From IMG/VR virus record IMGVR_UViG_3300031704_000002, positions 1-61,150 of that record: DNA of 61,150 nucleotides. One strand, written 5' to 3'. Position numbers and translations under genes: made by a program. The notes beneath the pieces were generated by a model, which saw nothing but the letters and a program-made list of their open reading frames with translations, searched no databases and was not told the DNA's origin. Numbering within the stretch: the first letter of the stretch is position 1; each line of letters starts with the position of its first letter. Below are positions 46,660 through 57,217 of this stretch, in pieces. Source of the stretch: a virus. Its lineage: Duplodnaviria; Caudoviricetes.

Positions 46660-48687
46660 TTAGTGGACTTCAAAGTAGTCTTTTCCAGCTTTACAATCCC
46701 CGCATACCATAATGTCAACACCGAATTCTTTCGGGGCTTCCTTAAAACTCTCAATGATGATTTCTTTTGCTCTTTCAACGTAATCGTTTCTTACTTCAAT
46801 ATTGATCTCATCATGATAGAACAATAGGAATCGGTAGGCAATGCCCTCTTCTTTAAACCTACGCCAAATCATGGAGATAGTTGCCTTCATAACGATCGCC
46901 TCAGCACCTTGGATGAGGTAGTTGAGAGCTTTATGAGGCTGATTGCAATAGATATGTCGATCGTCTAGACCTACGATAAATCCTTGCTTTTTTACGATAT
47001 TTTTAACACGATTGATCAAGCTATCGAGGTTTGGATAAGCCTTTTGGAACTCCTCTTTAAGTTGGAAACCAACAGACTCGGGAAGCTTTAGAATCTTGGC
47101 AAGTTTAGGCCCTCCGGCACCGTAAAGAAATGCAAAAATGAAGGGTTTGGCATCTGCTCGGCTGACAATAGTTGATGACTTAAGAATAGATGTAGCACTA
47201 CGAGAAAGAATATTAGCATTGTTCTGATGCATGTCTCCTTCGAGAAGTTCTTTTAGGAACTCATCATCTTTCATGTAATGAGCTAGAAGCCTTAGCTGAC
47301 AACCAGCGGAGTCAGCCGACACAACAGACCAACCCTCTTCAGCAATAAAGAGGCTTCTGACTTCTTTCCCAAGTGTAGCATTACCTGATGGTAGATTTAC
47401 AATAACGGACTGAGTCTGTCTAAAGGTTGGTGTACCAATATTAATAACATCTCCGTGGAGACGATCATCATCAGAGAAATGATCTTCCCATCCATCCATA
47501 ATTGATTTACGAGACCTTAGAGTGTAAAACTCATTAATGTCTCCTGCGTTATCAAGCAACTCTAACGAAGTACTAGTAATTTTTGGGGAAGTCCTTTTCC
47601 AATAACGTTTACCTCTTTCGTCAAACTCCCACTTACCATTCCAGTCATCTGGCTCCCAGCCAATTTTCCATAGATATCGTTTAACTGAGTCTGTAGAACC
47701 AATATCAGCATCACGGAATGTTACACGACAGTAATCACCCCAAACACCGTAGTTGTTCTTCTTACCTGCATCCTTTGGTAAGTCAAAGGTTTCACGAAGT
47801 GCTTTCGAGAACAGACCATTCTTTTGAACAGCCCATTTCTTAGCAAAGCCACCAGTGAAGTTGTCGTGATCGTACTCGTCTGTGTATCTTATGGTGTCAG
47901 ATTTATACCCTTTCCGATCTCCACTGATCTTCTGAGGCTCTTTACCAAGACGAGGATTAACTTCTGATGTAATCTCATCCATACGTTTGTCAATTTTATC
48001 GATAACATCACAAACGCTTTTCCGATCAATTAACCAACCGTTAATGAGTTGTTCTGCGGCAATTCTAGCAGAGTCTGTCTCAATTTGGATAGCTCTTACA
48101 ATGTTCTTCTGCCCTGATTTGACCATATGGGTTACTTCGCCTAGTAGTTCTTTATAAATAGGAACCATAAGACGAACGTCTTGTTTCATATACTCAAACA
48201 TTTCTTTACTGAACTTAGTAAAGTCTGTCCATTCACCTTTGTAGTTGTCAAGGTGAATACCCCATCGGGCAAGGCTGTGGCTATCACCCATGACAAGCTT
48301 AGGTTTTTTAAACAAACCAAAATCACCCTGTTCATTCCGCCATTTTAGATAGTTTTGGTAGTTCTGATCAGAAGCATCAAACCTATTATAATTGAGCACT
48401 CTAGACATAACATGGGTATCAACAAACTTATCGTGATTATGCTTGTACCATGTTATACCGTTAAGTCTTGCTAGCTTAATAAGTAGGTATTCGTCGTAGC
48501 CCGCGCCGTTATGAGCAGCGCGGACATCGTATGTACATAGGTCTCTTAAAAACTTTTCAAATTCGAGAGGACCGTACCATTTTTCTTCCTTAGTATCAAG
48601 GTCTATAATACCGCCGCAGAACCATCTGTCTGCGCTTCTTAGGAACCCGTTTGCTTCAGTGTCGTAGACACACCTTCGTCTAGCCAT
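46660..48687 (-). CDS. Family A DNA polymerase (T7 gp5-like)
   Basis: Exo DTEANG, AHNGAGYD, YMKQDV; pol DSAGCQLRLLAHY, AKPFIFAFLYGAG, YHDE. Confidence 0.95.
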   Translation of the reverse strand: MARRRCVYDTEANGFLRSADRWFCGGIIDLDTKEEKWYGPLEFEKFLRDLCTYDVRAAHNGAGYDEYLLIKLARLNGITWYKHNHDKFVDTHVMSRVLNYNRFDASDQNYQNYLKWRNEQGDFGLFKKPKLVMGDSHSLARWGIHLDNYKGEWTDFTKFSKEMFEYMKQDVRLMVPIYKELLGEVTHMVKSGQKNIVRAIQIETDSARIAAEQLINGWLIDRKSVCDVIDKIDKRMDEITSEVNPRLGKEPQKISGDRKGYKSDTIRYTDEYDHDNFTGGFAKKWAVQKNGLFSKALRETFDLPKDAGKKNNYGVWGDYCRVTFRDADIGSTDSVKRYLWKIGWEPDDWNGKWEFDERGKRYWKRTSPKITSTSLELLDNAGDINEFYTLRSRKSIMDGWEDHFSDDDRLHGDVINIGTPTFRQTQSVIVNLPSGNATLGKEVRSLFIAEEGWSVVSADSAGCQLRLLAHYMKDDEFLKELLEGDMHQNNANILSRSATSILKSSTIVSRADAKPFIFAFLYGAGGPKLAKILKLPESVGFQLKEEFQKAYPNLDSLINRVKNIVKKQGFIVGLDDRHIYCNQPHKALNYLIQGAEAIVMKATISMIWRRFKEEGIAYRFLLFYHDEINIEVRNDYVERAKEIIIESFKEAPKEFGVDIMVCGDCKAGKDYFEVH

Positions 48688-49094
48688 TCGTCTCCTCCTT
48701 GGAAAGTCTCGTTAGGAATACCGGGATAAAAGAGATTCATGTCTACACCAAGGTCTTTACACTGTTTAATCTTTCCCATGTGTGCCCAAGGAGCAAATTC
48801 CCGTGGCTGTTTCTGTGTATCAGAAATGCGGTTGTGAGCATCCATAAGATACCAGATTGCCTTTTCTAGCTCAATACGCTCATCATCTTTTCGACCGAGA
48901 CGAGTTTGATACTTTAGTGCGTTGACCACACTCGGTGTAACATAGGGATTGATCTTACTACCAATGTAGGCAGCAAGGTCATTGTATCCAATGTCCCTAC
49001 CAGTTTGCAAGGCTCGGATCATTTCCTCTGCCGGAATCAGTTGGTGATGCTTAGCTTGCACCGAGTTTTGGCCTTTTTCACGTTCTGTTGTCAT
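48639..49094 (-). CDS. DUF3310-like protein
   Basis: NALKYQTRLGRKD....LEKAIWYL. Confidence 0.75.
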   Translation of the reverse strand: MTTEREKGQNSVQAKHHQLIPAEEMIRALQTGRDIGYNDLAAYIGSKINPYVTPSVVNALKYQTRLGRKDDERIELEKAIWYLMDAHNRISDTQKQPREFAPWAHMGKIKQCKDLGVDMNLFYPGIPNETFQGGDEWLDEGVSTTLKQTGS

Positions 49095-49118
49095 ATAATA
49101 CCTCTTCTTTAGTTATAG

Positions 49119-49420
49119 TTAAGACTGTTCCTTCTCACTCTGGAGAAGGTCTGTTTTCTTAGCGTACACTGGGATTGCCTCTTTTTTGTGGTGGTTATAA
49201 AAGTTTGCGCGTCTCTCTGTGTCATACATCTTTCCTCTAAGTCCTATCAACGCTGAAGTTTGTTCTTTCTCTGTTCCGTTTCGGGCAACTACATCTCTCC
49301 ACCTCTTGACACTGAATACGTGGGGGACCCACCAACCAACACAGACCTCTTCATCTTTAACGTCTGCTAATTGCTTTTCAAACGGCGCTTTTTTTTTTTA
49401 GTTTCAAAGATATCATCCAT
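49119..49420 (-). pseudogene. ~100-codon gene frameshifted at an A11 run
   Basis: ATG at 49420 (MDDIFETKKK), A11 at 49389-49399; the other frame is open from APFEKQL to TAA at 49119. Confidence 0.55.
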
Positions 49421-49928
49421 TATAAGCTTCTTCTTCAATTTCATCAAGTGCCTTAGAGAGATCATAACGCAGGGCTTCTGCGCTAATGTATCCGTAGAGA
49501 CGTGCTACTTTGTCTGCAGCAAAGTCTTGAGACCAGTGGTTACCCTCTGCCATGATTGCCGCTCGTTCTTCAAACTGGTCACGACACATCATAATTTGTT
49601 CTTTTGTTTTAAGCTCTACTAAAGCCATAGGATTGTCCTTCCATTCGTTGCCATAAGTTTTCCCAAAGAAGAAAGCCCATTTATAAGGATCGTCTAATAC
49701 TTCACAAGAGCACCATTCCCAGTTAGAGATGTCGATATTATTGTAACGAGCATTCGATTCTATTAAAGACATATGCGCTCGCATATCAACCATAGTATAA
49801 CACCCATCTCTAATAAGCATGATGTAACCCTTTTGGGCACAGGGTCCACTCTCAATAAAGTGTAGGCTGTAATTTTCATCTACTAGGCTTAGATTACCGC
49901 TGTAGAACTCCATGAATCTTTCAGACAT
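49413..49928 (-). CDS. Hypothetical protein
   Basis: 171 aa ORF; FEERAAIM motif. Confidence 0.6.
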   Translation of the reverse strand: MSERFMEFYSGNLSLVDENYSLHFIESGPCAQKGYIMLIRDGCYTMVDMRAHMSLIESNARYNNIDISNWEWCSCEVLDDPYKWAFFFGKTYGNEWKDNPMALVELKTKEQIMMCRDQFEERAAIMAEGNHWSQDFAADKVARLYGYISAEALRYDLSKALDEIEEEAYNG

Positions 49929-50089
49929 ATTCTCAACCCTTTCAGTTGTTTGGGGAGGCTATTATAGCCCCCCCTTGTTTTTGTTATTTATACTTTCGAG
50001 CCGGTAAGCATTACACGACCTTCTAAACTAACCATGTAATCGGTCAAGCTGGGGGATAGACGCCACTCTTCGGTGGTATTCATGGCCTA

Positions 50090-50737
50090 TCACCCTTGGT
50101 CAAAAGGGATTTCGTCATCAAGATCTTTTGGTGTAGTCTTTTTACTCTTTGGTGCTGCTCGACCCTTCTTTGGTTGGGCGTCAGCTTTCTCTAGTGCCTT
50201 AGAACCAACATCACCATCTTCGTCACCATCTGGATCAACAACCTTCATAGAGTTGACGTGCTCAAACTCTTCTTTAGGCCGAGGTACATAGCGGTGAAGC
50301 TCTTTAACAGAGAGACCAAGAAAGTAATGAACGTGTTTAGTCACACCATCGTGCGTGTATTCTCGTGTGAAGATACGAACATCACCAATCGATCCATTAC
50401 CAACGATCTTAGGATCGCTGAAGGCCTCTCCTGTATCACCGCGAAGGATCTCAGGCGGGCTGGATTCTTGGCCGTTTGCCTTAAACTGGTTACGACGAAG
50501 CTTCCAACGATAGAAAAGAATAGTCGACTCTTCATCGTCTTTGTCTTCTCGAACAGCTTTTACATGTTTAGTAGCGTTATACTCTTTACGCCACTTATTG
50601 GCCTCTGCCTTGTCCTCTGTTCGCAGTTCGACTTCCCAACCCATACGAGGATTACCATCGTTATCGTCTCCGATTTTGACAGGGTTGTTAGGGTCAGCCT
50701 TCAACCAGAAAATGGTAGCATCTTTGATAATTGCCAT
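50090..50737 (-). CDS. Single-stranded DNA-binding protein (T7 gp2.5-like)
   Basis: IVGNGSIG motif, acidic tail ending DDEIPF; replication module position. Confidence 0.75.
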   Translation of the reverse strand: MAIIKDATIFWLKADPNNPVKIGDDNDGNPRMGWEVELRTEDKAEANKWRKEYNATKHVKAVREDKDDEESTILFYRWKLRRNQFKANGQESSPPEILRGDTGEAFSDPKIVGNGSIGDVRIFTREYTHDGVTKHVHYFLGLSVKELHRYVPRPKEEFEHVNSMKVVDPDGDEDGDVGSKALEKADAQPKKGRAAPKSKKTTPKDLDDEIPFDQG

Positions 50738-50806
50738 GTTTTATTACATCCTGTGTTTCGAGAGCTTATAAATTTTGCTCTCTTATAGTGCGCACTTAGC
50801 GCTGTC

Positions 50807-50829
50807 CTCTTCTTTAACGTCACCTAATT
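50807..50829 (-). promoter_or_regulatory. Phage RNAP promoter, class A
   Basis: AATTAGGTGACGTTAAAGAAGAG heading the replication module. Confidence 0.78.
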
Positions 50830-51513
50830 TTATGTTACAGGCCAAGCAACTAGAATACGTCCTTCTCTTCTTTCTGGGTGTATGTAAGGTATAGCACCCC
50901 AGAAGAGTATATCACAAAATTCTGATCGCTCAAATGCTTTCAAAAGTTTAGCGTGCTGGTTAGCGGTTGTTAGTTCTACTGCAACATAGTCTTTTTTAGA
51001 GTGGGGAGGTAAAAAGAGTCCAACGTAGACTAGCTTAAGATCCTCGCATATTTCTTTCAGTTCGTCAAGTAGCTCATCTAATTCTTCTTTTCTCATCTTT
51101 TCCTTTCAACCAGTGCTGAGCGTCGTCAAACGGGTCAATGAAGACACTGCCTAACTGCAACTGTAGGCCACAATCCAAACGGAATTGCGACAAGTTTCTC
51201 TCTTGAGTCGGACTCTGGATCATAGGTGACCATCCCAACGATAGCTCCTTCAATATCAGCCCTCCCTATTACTTTGAACAGACAAACAGCATCTTTAGGT
51301 AAAGTACCTTGGAATGCACCCGGTGCTTTTATCCAGAACATCATACCCTTAAAAACTATGGTAGGCTCTACACAGGGATCTAGGCTGTAAATTGCTATTA
51401 TTTCAGACTCCAGTTCTTCAATGCGTTCAAGCAAAGCAATATGAATATAATCCGCACAACCAAGAGACCTTAACTTCTCAATTCGTTCTCTTGATATATT
51501 TACTTTTACTTTA

Positions 51514-52908
51514 TTATGCAAAGGCATAGTCTGATTCCTCTATTTTGCTAAGATCTAGTTTGCCTCTTTCTGGCATTAGATCTAAAGAGTTAAGTTCTTC
51601 TAAGATCTCTCTAAGAGGATCTATTTCATGTAGCCGTCTAAACGTTTTGCGTACCCTGTAGAAGAGATCTTCCATATGGGCGGCATGACAACCGAAAGAG
51701 TCATGTACCACAACAACTGAAAATGAGCAATCATGTACAGTATGGGCCAAGTGTGCAGCATCCAACGAATGTACGATGTTTGGTGCAGCCCCTGTTTTTT
51801 GCTTGCTTTCGTTAAGAGTACTCTCTTCCCAAACTTGAATTTGGACCCACAGAGTTTTGGGTCCATGTTGTAGGCGTACGCGTACAGCCTTTGCTTTTCG
51901 ATACTCTTGTACCACTGGAAACCCAGTAGTTGGTGTATGCCATGTGAGCGGCTTATTTTCTTCATTTGCTCTCTCCGCAAGGGTTTCAAACAGCCTGAGC
52001 ATTCTAGCTGGGCCTTTTAGTTCATCATAACAGGTACGATATACTAAGTCTCCTAACATTATACCCCAGAGATAGTCCTTGTCTCTCAGATAATCGCTAA
52101 TACCTCTGGTGTCCTCAATTACTTGTTGACCCATACCGTAGGGGGTACCGCCATAACCGAGTGTCATAGTATTTCTCTTGACGCTTGATCTCCTCTGTTT
52201 CTTAGTTAATTTGAGCCAATAGACAGGGAATAGCTTTTCTCTAAGATCCCTATTACTCTGTTTCCATTTCATAAGATTCTTATAGGCAATTTCCTTACGA
52301 TCTGACCCAAGAGGAGCTTCAGAGTACTTCTTTTGCAGCTCTATACCCTTACTTTGCACAGCACTAAATCTATTTACTACTTTCTTAGGTAGTTTGCTAC
52401 GCATGTCTTCTAACCTAGACCATACCTTATCAGCAATGAACATGTATACATCGCCGGGGGTAGCTTGAGGTACAAGATTGACAAGAGGCGCAACCTCTTC
52501 ATCACGGGACATAGCAGCAAGGTGTTGAACACCATTGTTACTACCGTCTATGAAGACCGGTAGGCAAGACGGGAAATCTTCTGATTCTTCACCTCGCTTT
52601 TCCCACGCAGTCAAGGCTTCAATTTCAAAGCAAGAGGCTAAGAAAGAGAAAGGTTTATCAGCTTTCATCCATCCACGATGAGAAAGCGGATCGCGCGCGT
52701 AATCTTTAATATAATGCAAGTTATCTTCTACCCACTCAACTCTTTCTTTTAGCGGTATCTTGTCTTCTCCCCATACATTTGCAGCATAGGTGCATAACCA
52801 CTTTTGGCCGTTAGGACCTAGCGGGACTGGTTCGTCCAGCATTAGGATACCGCGAGCGTTATCTGAAGACTGTTCATGTAAGAATGCCGTGTTGGGATAA
52901 ATCCTACC
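51514..52908 (-). CDS. T7/SP6-like RNA polymerase, exon 2
   Basis: GRIYP; motif A DGSNNGVQHL; motif B RSSVKRNTMTLGYG; PNIVHSLDAAH; motif C VHDSFG. Confidence 0.95.
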   Translation of the reverse strand, partial: GRIYPNTAFLHEQSSDNARGILMLDEPVPLGPNGQKWLCTYAANVWGEDKIPLKERVEWVEDNLHYIKDYARDPLSHRGWMKADKPFSFLASCFEIEALTAWEKRGEESEDFPSCLPVFIDGSNNGVQHLAAMSRDEEVAPLVNLVPQATPGDVYMFIADKVWSRLEDMRSKLPKKVVNRFSAVQSKGIELQKKYSEAPLGSDRKEIAYKNLMKWKQSNRDLREKLFPVYWLKLTKKQRRSSVKRNTMTLGYGGTPYGMGQQVIEDTRGISDYLRDKDYLWGIMLGDLVYRTCYDELKGPARMLRLFETLAERANEENKPLTWHTPTTGFPVVQEYRKAKAVRVRLQHGPKTLWVQIQVWEESTLNESKQKTGAAPNIVHSLDAAHLAHTVHDCSFSVVVVHDSFGCHAAHMEDLFYRVRKTFRRLHEIDPLREILEELNSLDLMPERGKLDLSKIEESDYAFA

Positions 52909-53629
52909 CATATTGTTCGCAGAAGATCGTTAGTCTTCTACCGTAACATGCGACCAAGTTTTTCCAGCCCTTATTTGTTTTATGCACCACTCCGTGACAT
53001 TAAACTTTTTTGCAAGAGCCTTCCTCCTCATATTAGGTCTCTTCTTTACTTCTATTACTTCTAGTTCTGTAAGTTTCCTCATTGGGTTTTTCCTTCCATT
53101 CATCCTGTAAGAATGAAGTTGATTGTGAGGAGGAGTACATCTTTCTAGATTACAAAGGCTGTTGTTGAGCGGGTTTCCGTCTATGTGGTTAACCTGTGTC
53201 AGGCTAGGCACCTTTAAGATAAAACTATCCGCAACAAGCTGATGAACTGTTTTTGTGCATCTCTTTGATTTATAACATAGAACTAAAGTCAGGTAACCTT
53301 TAGAGTTTTTAGTAGGCTTGAGATATCTACCTTTTCTTAACGCCATAGTTCCACTGAAGGGAACAAGAGTATCTAAACGACGTACTTCTCCTTTATTAGA
53401 TACTTGGTATACGGTTTCAAAGCCTTTAATATCTTTCCATATTCGCATGTTCTGCTCCTTATTACTAAGAAGATCGGACTATATCATACCTATACTAGGC
53501 CTCTGCGCTTCGAGCCACTTGGCTCTACATAATAGTCTCTACACCTTCTAATTAAAAATTAGCTTGGCTCGGTATTGTCACATTGGATGTTTACCGAATT
53601 CACAGAGTTTTACTTCCGCCATAGGATTA
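52909..53629 (-). mobile_element. Group I intron (721 nt) in the RNAP gene
   Basis: P1 ACTTCCGT/GCGGAAGT with U.G at the splice site; P10 AATCCTA/TAGGATT; core AATTCGGT..ACCGAGCCAAG, GTAGAGACTA..GATATAGTCC; terminal G; splicing restores DFR|GRIYP. Confidence 0.92.
52930..53448 (-). CDS. Intron-encoded NUMOD4-HNH homing endonuclease
   Basis: IWKDIKGFE..YQVSNKGEVR (NUMOD4); VHQLVA..F, VNHIDGNPLNN..CNLE (HNH). Confidence 0.92.
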   Translation of the reverse strand: MRIWKDIKGFETVYQVSNKGEVRRLDTLVPFSGTMALRKGRYLKPTKNSKGYLTLVLCYKSKRCTKTVHQLVADSFILKVPSLTQVNHIDGNPLNNSLCNLERCTPPHNQLHSYRMNGRKNPMRKLTELEVIEVKKRPNMRRKALAKKFNVTEWCIKQIRAGKTWSHVTVED

Positions 53630-54430
53630 ACGGAAGTCGAAGTTATATAAGTGGTAGAAAGTTTTATCGAGGTGGAGATTTGCAAGCTTTTGGACGGCTT
53701 CCGCTTCTATTAGCATAGACCGTCTTTTCTTGTTGTCGACCTCTTTATAATATTTGAACGGAGACTCACTATAGTCTTCGGATTTTTCCATGAAGTGTTC
53801 ATAGACTGCAAAGACATCCTTGTTGATCCTCCATCCAGTGCTGCTTAGTTTATTTAGAACATAGAAAAGCACTTCCATTTCTTCGCTGGGTCTTTTAAAT
53901 GGGTCAAGTTGCATGGCAGACCCTCTTTTAACAATTGGTGTGCCAGTAGTTGAATGATATGGATATCCCTTGACCCAAGGTGCTGGGACGATATTGACAG
54001 GAAACATGTCACAATTGTCCATATCAATTGTATCAATCAGAGTCTTGAGACGTTTCCAATCTTCTGCTACAATAACATAGGCTCTGTGCTTAGAGACCTT
54101 TGTATTTCGATTTGTCTTTTCTTTTGTGTAAGAAATCAAGCCAATGTCTATGAAACTTATTACAATAAACCACCCAGCATGGATTTCCATAATAGAGTCT
54201 TGTGGTAGCTTGTTCTTTTGTCTTAGCCTACGACCAATAGAAGCAGATAGCTCTACCAGCGTTCCTCTTCGCTCAATTGCTCTCAGAACATGGGGGTAAC
54301 TGAAGGCGATAAGGTTTTCCGCAGATAGTTTCTCTTCCGTGAGCCAGTAGGCACCATTTCTGGTGTCAAGATTTTCAAGACGGTAACTTAGGTCTTGTTC
54401 GAGGGCTTCTAGAGTTTCTGATGCTTCCAC
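53630..54430 (-). CDS. T7/SP6-like RNA polymerase, exon 1
   Basis: LNKLSSTGWRINKDV and FYHLYNFDFR immediately before the intron; spliced product about 731 aa. Confidence 0.9.
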
Positions 54431-54446
54431 ACCGCCTCCTGTTATC

Positions 54447-54980
54447 TTACTTATGGAAGTAGTTATGAGTGTTATCGTAAACTTTTAACCAGTTATAAAT
54501 AGAATCCTTACTACATCCAAACTTTTCTGCGGCTTTAGTAGGACCTACTTTAATAGCCTCTTGACATGCTCTCATACGAAAGGAATCATCGTAGTCTCCG
54601 ACGACCTGAAGGATATCTCCAGTTTTACCGAAAGTTGGTTCCCTTAGCCTTGTAGTTCTCCAAGCAGTAGATTTCGAAACCCCGTAACGAGCTGCAGTCC
54701 TAGAGATAGAGAAACTAAGGGGCTGATCGTTCTTGATTATGTTTTGGTTATTTCCCCAACCAGAGAAGTTAAACCTAAGGTTTACCGATCCTTTAGTCTG
54801 GTCCTGCGTCTTGGCCTTACCAGAACATGCTTTTGAAGATTTCTTCGACTGGCCTTTCACTATCACTGTTTTCGTAGGTGTGTGACAGTTTGTCGTTGAT
54901 GAGTCCAACGACGACTGGGAACTGAGCGTTTTGTTTTGTGACTTCTGCCTTGCTGGCTTCAACTTTTCTAGTAGGCTCAT
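54447..54980 (-). CDS. Putative HTH DNA-binding protein
   Basis: Two HTH-like segments (TAARYGVSKSTAWR; AAEKFGCSKDSIYNW). Confidence 0.65.
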   Translation of the reverse strand: MSLLEKLKPARQKSQNKTLSSQSSLDSSTTNCHTPTKTVIVKGQSKKSSKACSGKAKTQDQTKGSVNLRFNFSGWGNNQNIIKNDQPLSFSISRTAARYGVSKSTAWRTTRLREPTFGKTGDILQVVGDYDDSFRMRACQEAIKVGPTKAAEKFGCSKDSIYNWLKVYDNTHNYFHK

Positions 54981-55296
54981 AAGGAATTACTCCATTCTTA
55001 ATAAATTCTTTATTGATTTCTTCAAGTTGATTTTCTCCAAGAAACATTTCATAACCGTTTCTAAGCGTAATTACTTGATATTCGTTTTTCATAGCTTACC
55101 CTTTCAGATAGTTTCTCTTAGAACCTTGGACCGAAGCCGTCTTTGTTAGATAGTATTAATAAGAACACTAGCACTAGGCCTGAAACAACGCTAGCTAGTC
55201 CAAATGTGGGGTAATCAATCCACCAAGGTGCATCGAAGTACCATACTATGGTGTAGACGACCCAAGATAATATGACGGGAATCCAGTAGAATATAA

Positions 55297-55911
55297 TCAT
55301 ACTCGATACGCCTCCGATTGCATTTCCATATCACTTGTCTTTGGGTTTGATCCGAGGTCATAGTTTGATCCGTAGAATCGGAAAGCTCGTACGATCAAAA
55401 GACCCACGTCTTGACGAACACCAAGTTTAGATGCCTGACTAAGGATGCCAGCAATCAGAGTTAGCTCTTGATCCATGCGTTCTGGTTTTATAGAAGCTTG
55501 AAAAAGAAGGCTATCAAGTTGATCCAACATTCTGACAATATCTTTCTGGCGGTCTGTAACTGCTGCGGGGTAAGTAAAGCTCCTTGAACAATGGAATTCA
55601 AACCTCTTCATTTCATTAGATTCTAGATTGTCAAGAGCTTTCTTTAGTTCAGGAGATTTGTTTTTAGCATGATGAGGTGAGTCACCTGCTGCAAACTCTG
55701 GTGCATCATGCATAATGATATACAAAACTGTTTGTAGGTCAACTTCTTTTTTAAAAAGAGACAAAAGCAGCTTCACCATACGAGCAGAATGTGCGTCTGT
55801 GAGATCTGCCGAGTTTCTGAGGCTATGCTCATGGTGTGAGTGATAACGATTTACGAAACCAGATCGCCACAACGTGAACGTTTCTACTGCGTTTTCAATT
55901 TCTTTAGACAC
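55297..55911 (-). CDS. HD-domain phosphohydrolase (YfbR-like)
   Basis: VNRYH...HS, MHDAPE..GD.P, DQLD motifs. Confidence 0.8.
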   Translation of the reverse strand: MSKEIENAVETFTLWRSGFVNRYHSHHEHSLRNSADLTDAHSARMVKLLLSLFKKEVDLQTVLYIIMHDAPEFAAGDSPHHAKNKSPELKKALDNLESNEMKRFEFHCSRSFTYPAAVTDRQKDIVRMLDQLDSLLFQASIKPERMDQELTLIAGILSQASKLGVRQDVGLLIVRAFRFYGSNYDLGSNPKTSDMEMQSEAYRV

Positions 55912-56105
55912 TGTGTGTAATCCTCATACGCTTGATTGGTTTATTAAGATAGGCGCGACATTCAAAGAATTCAAGGGGATTTACCCCGCCATTTGGGCGA
56001 ACTTTCATAATGTATTTAGCGACTTTACGCTCAAGACTTTCGGTGTTTGTAGCAGTAATCTCCTTAGTTTTCAGGATTTTGTTATTTGTCATTATTTGCC
56101 TCTTG

Positions 56106-56148
56106 AAAAAAAATTAGGTATTTACCCCCCGCCCCGAAGGGCGAGGGG
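56106..56148 (-). terminator. Terminator hairpin with UUCG loop
   Basis: CCCCTCGCCC-TTCG-GGGCGGGGG, then TAAATACCTAATTTTTTT. Confidence 0.65.
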
Positions 56149-56265
56149 AAAGAGACATCACTCACATTACCAGATTTGCACGGTTTTATTAGGATTCTTG
56201 GCACATTTGTGCTAGATAGTTGTAGGTGTGGTTACGATCAAACTTCCCGATAGACACGTCATAAC

Positions 56266-56640
56266 TTATTTTAGCATCTTTTCGTTGATTTGACACAGAT
56301 AGCCATAACCAAACCCTATTGGGATAGTACACATCCTTTTTAGGATTCCAGCGTCTTCGAGAGCTTTAGCAACGCCCTCGTTTTCTGAATATTCTTTAAC
56401 TAGGGCAAAAGAGCTACGCAGGGGTTTGGGAACAGCTTTTTCCATAACACCAGCTACAAAGGCTGTAGGCCTAGACCACAGTTCTCCGTCTTTGGAGATA
56501 TGAATAGCTAATGAGCCATCTTCATATGTCTCAGAAACATCAACATCATACTCTCCTTTGGGAATATATTTGCTATGCAGGAACGCCTTTATTTTTGCCA
56601 TGTCATCCTCCGATTCCATGAGTGATGTAAAAACCTGCAA
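56266..56640 (-). CDS. Hypothetical phage protein
   Basis: VKEYSENEGV..AL..AGI motif. Confidence 0.65.
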   Translation of the reverse strand: MQVFTSLMESEDDMAKIKAFLHSKYIPKGEYDVDVSETYEDGSLAIHISKDGELWSRPTAFVAGVMEKAVPKPLRSSFALVKEYSENEGVAKALEDAGILKRMCTIPIGFGYGYLCQINEKMLK

Positions 56641-57217
56641 TAAGCAGGGTGAATAGGGCGCTTACACCCAGTAGATCTACTAAGAAGTTCCGCATCGGAG
56701 TTTCCATCTTGGATTGTTTCATTGAATTTTTCTCTGTGCCCGTAAAGAACGGAAACAGCGTTATCTCTATAGCGTCGGTAGGGTGATTGTTCCACCCTCT
56801 TACATCCTATTCACGGTCTCTATGGTGGGAGTTGTTATCCGTATCACGCTATTTGGATATCTTGTATTCCTACACAAGCCTTTAACATGACTTGCAGCAT
56901 CTTAAACAGTCGGGGGCCGATATGGATAACCAGTAGACCGATTCCCTTCCTGATAAGACGTTTAAGGAATTTCTCTAGGGAAGGCCAGACATACTTGAAG
57001 AACAAGTACTCAACAGCTTTCTCTATCAAAACTACAAGACACCCGAAGAAGCTCATTAGCTTAACCTCGGGTGTCTGTCAGAGTTTCCTTCATTGAACCT
57101 CTTACTTCTTTGCGCAGATTACCTCTGACACCACTAGCGCGATGGTATAGACAGCTACAATGACTGATGCAGCCATAATAGTGACTATGATTGTACAGAG
57201 GGTTGAAATGAAATTTA

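Noticed and set aside
49351-49372. Additional class A promoter (AATTAGCAGACGTTAAAGATGA)
   Set aside because: Two changes in the recognition core and it lies in probable coding sequence; possible but unsupported.
51514-54430. N4-type two-subunit RNAP genes
   Set aside because: The break falls inside DFRGR with clear group I intron structure, and exon 2 lacks a good RBS.
55297-55911. DatZ of a 2-aminoadenine (Z) genome pathway
   Set aside because: No PurZ-like gene in the window; an HD domain alone is not diagnostic.
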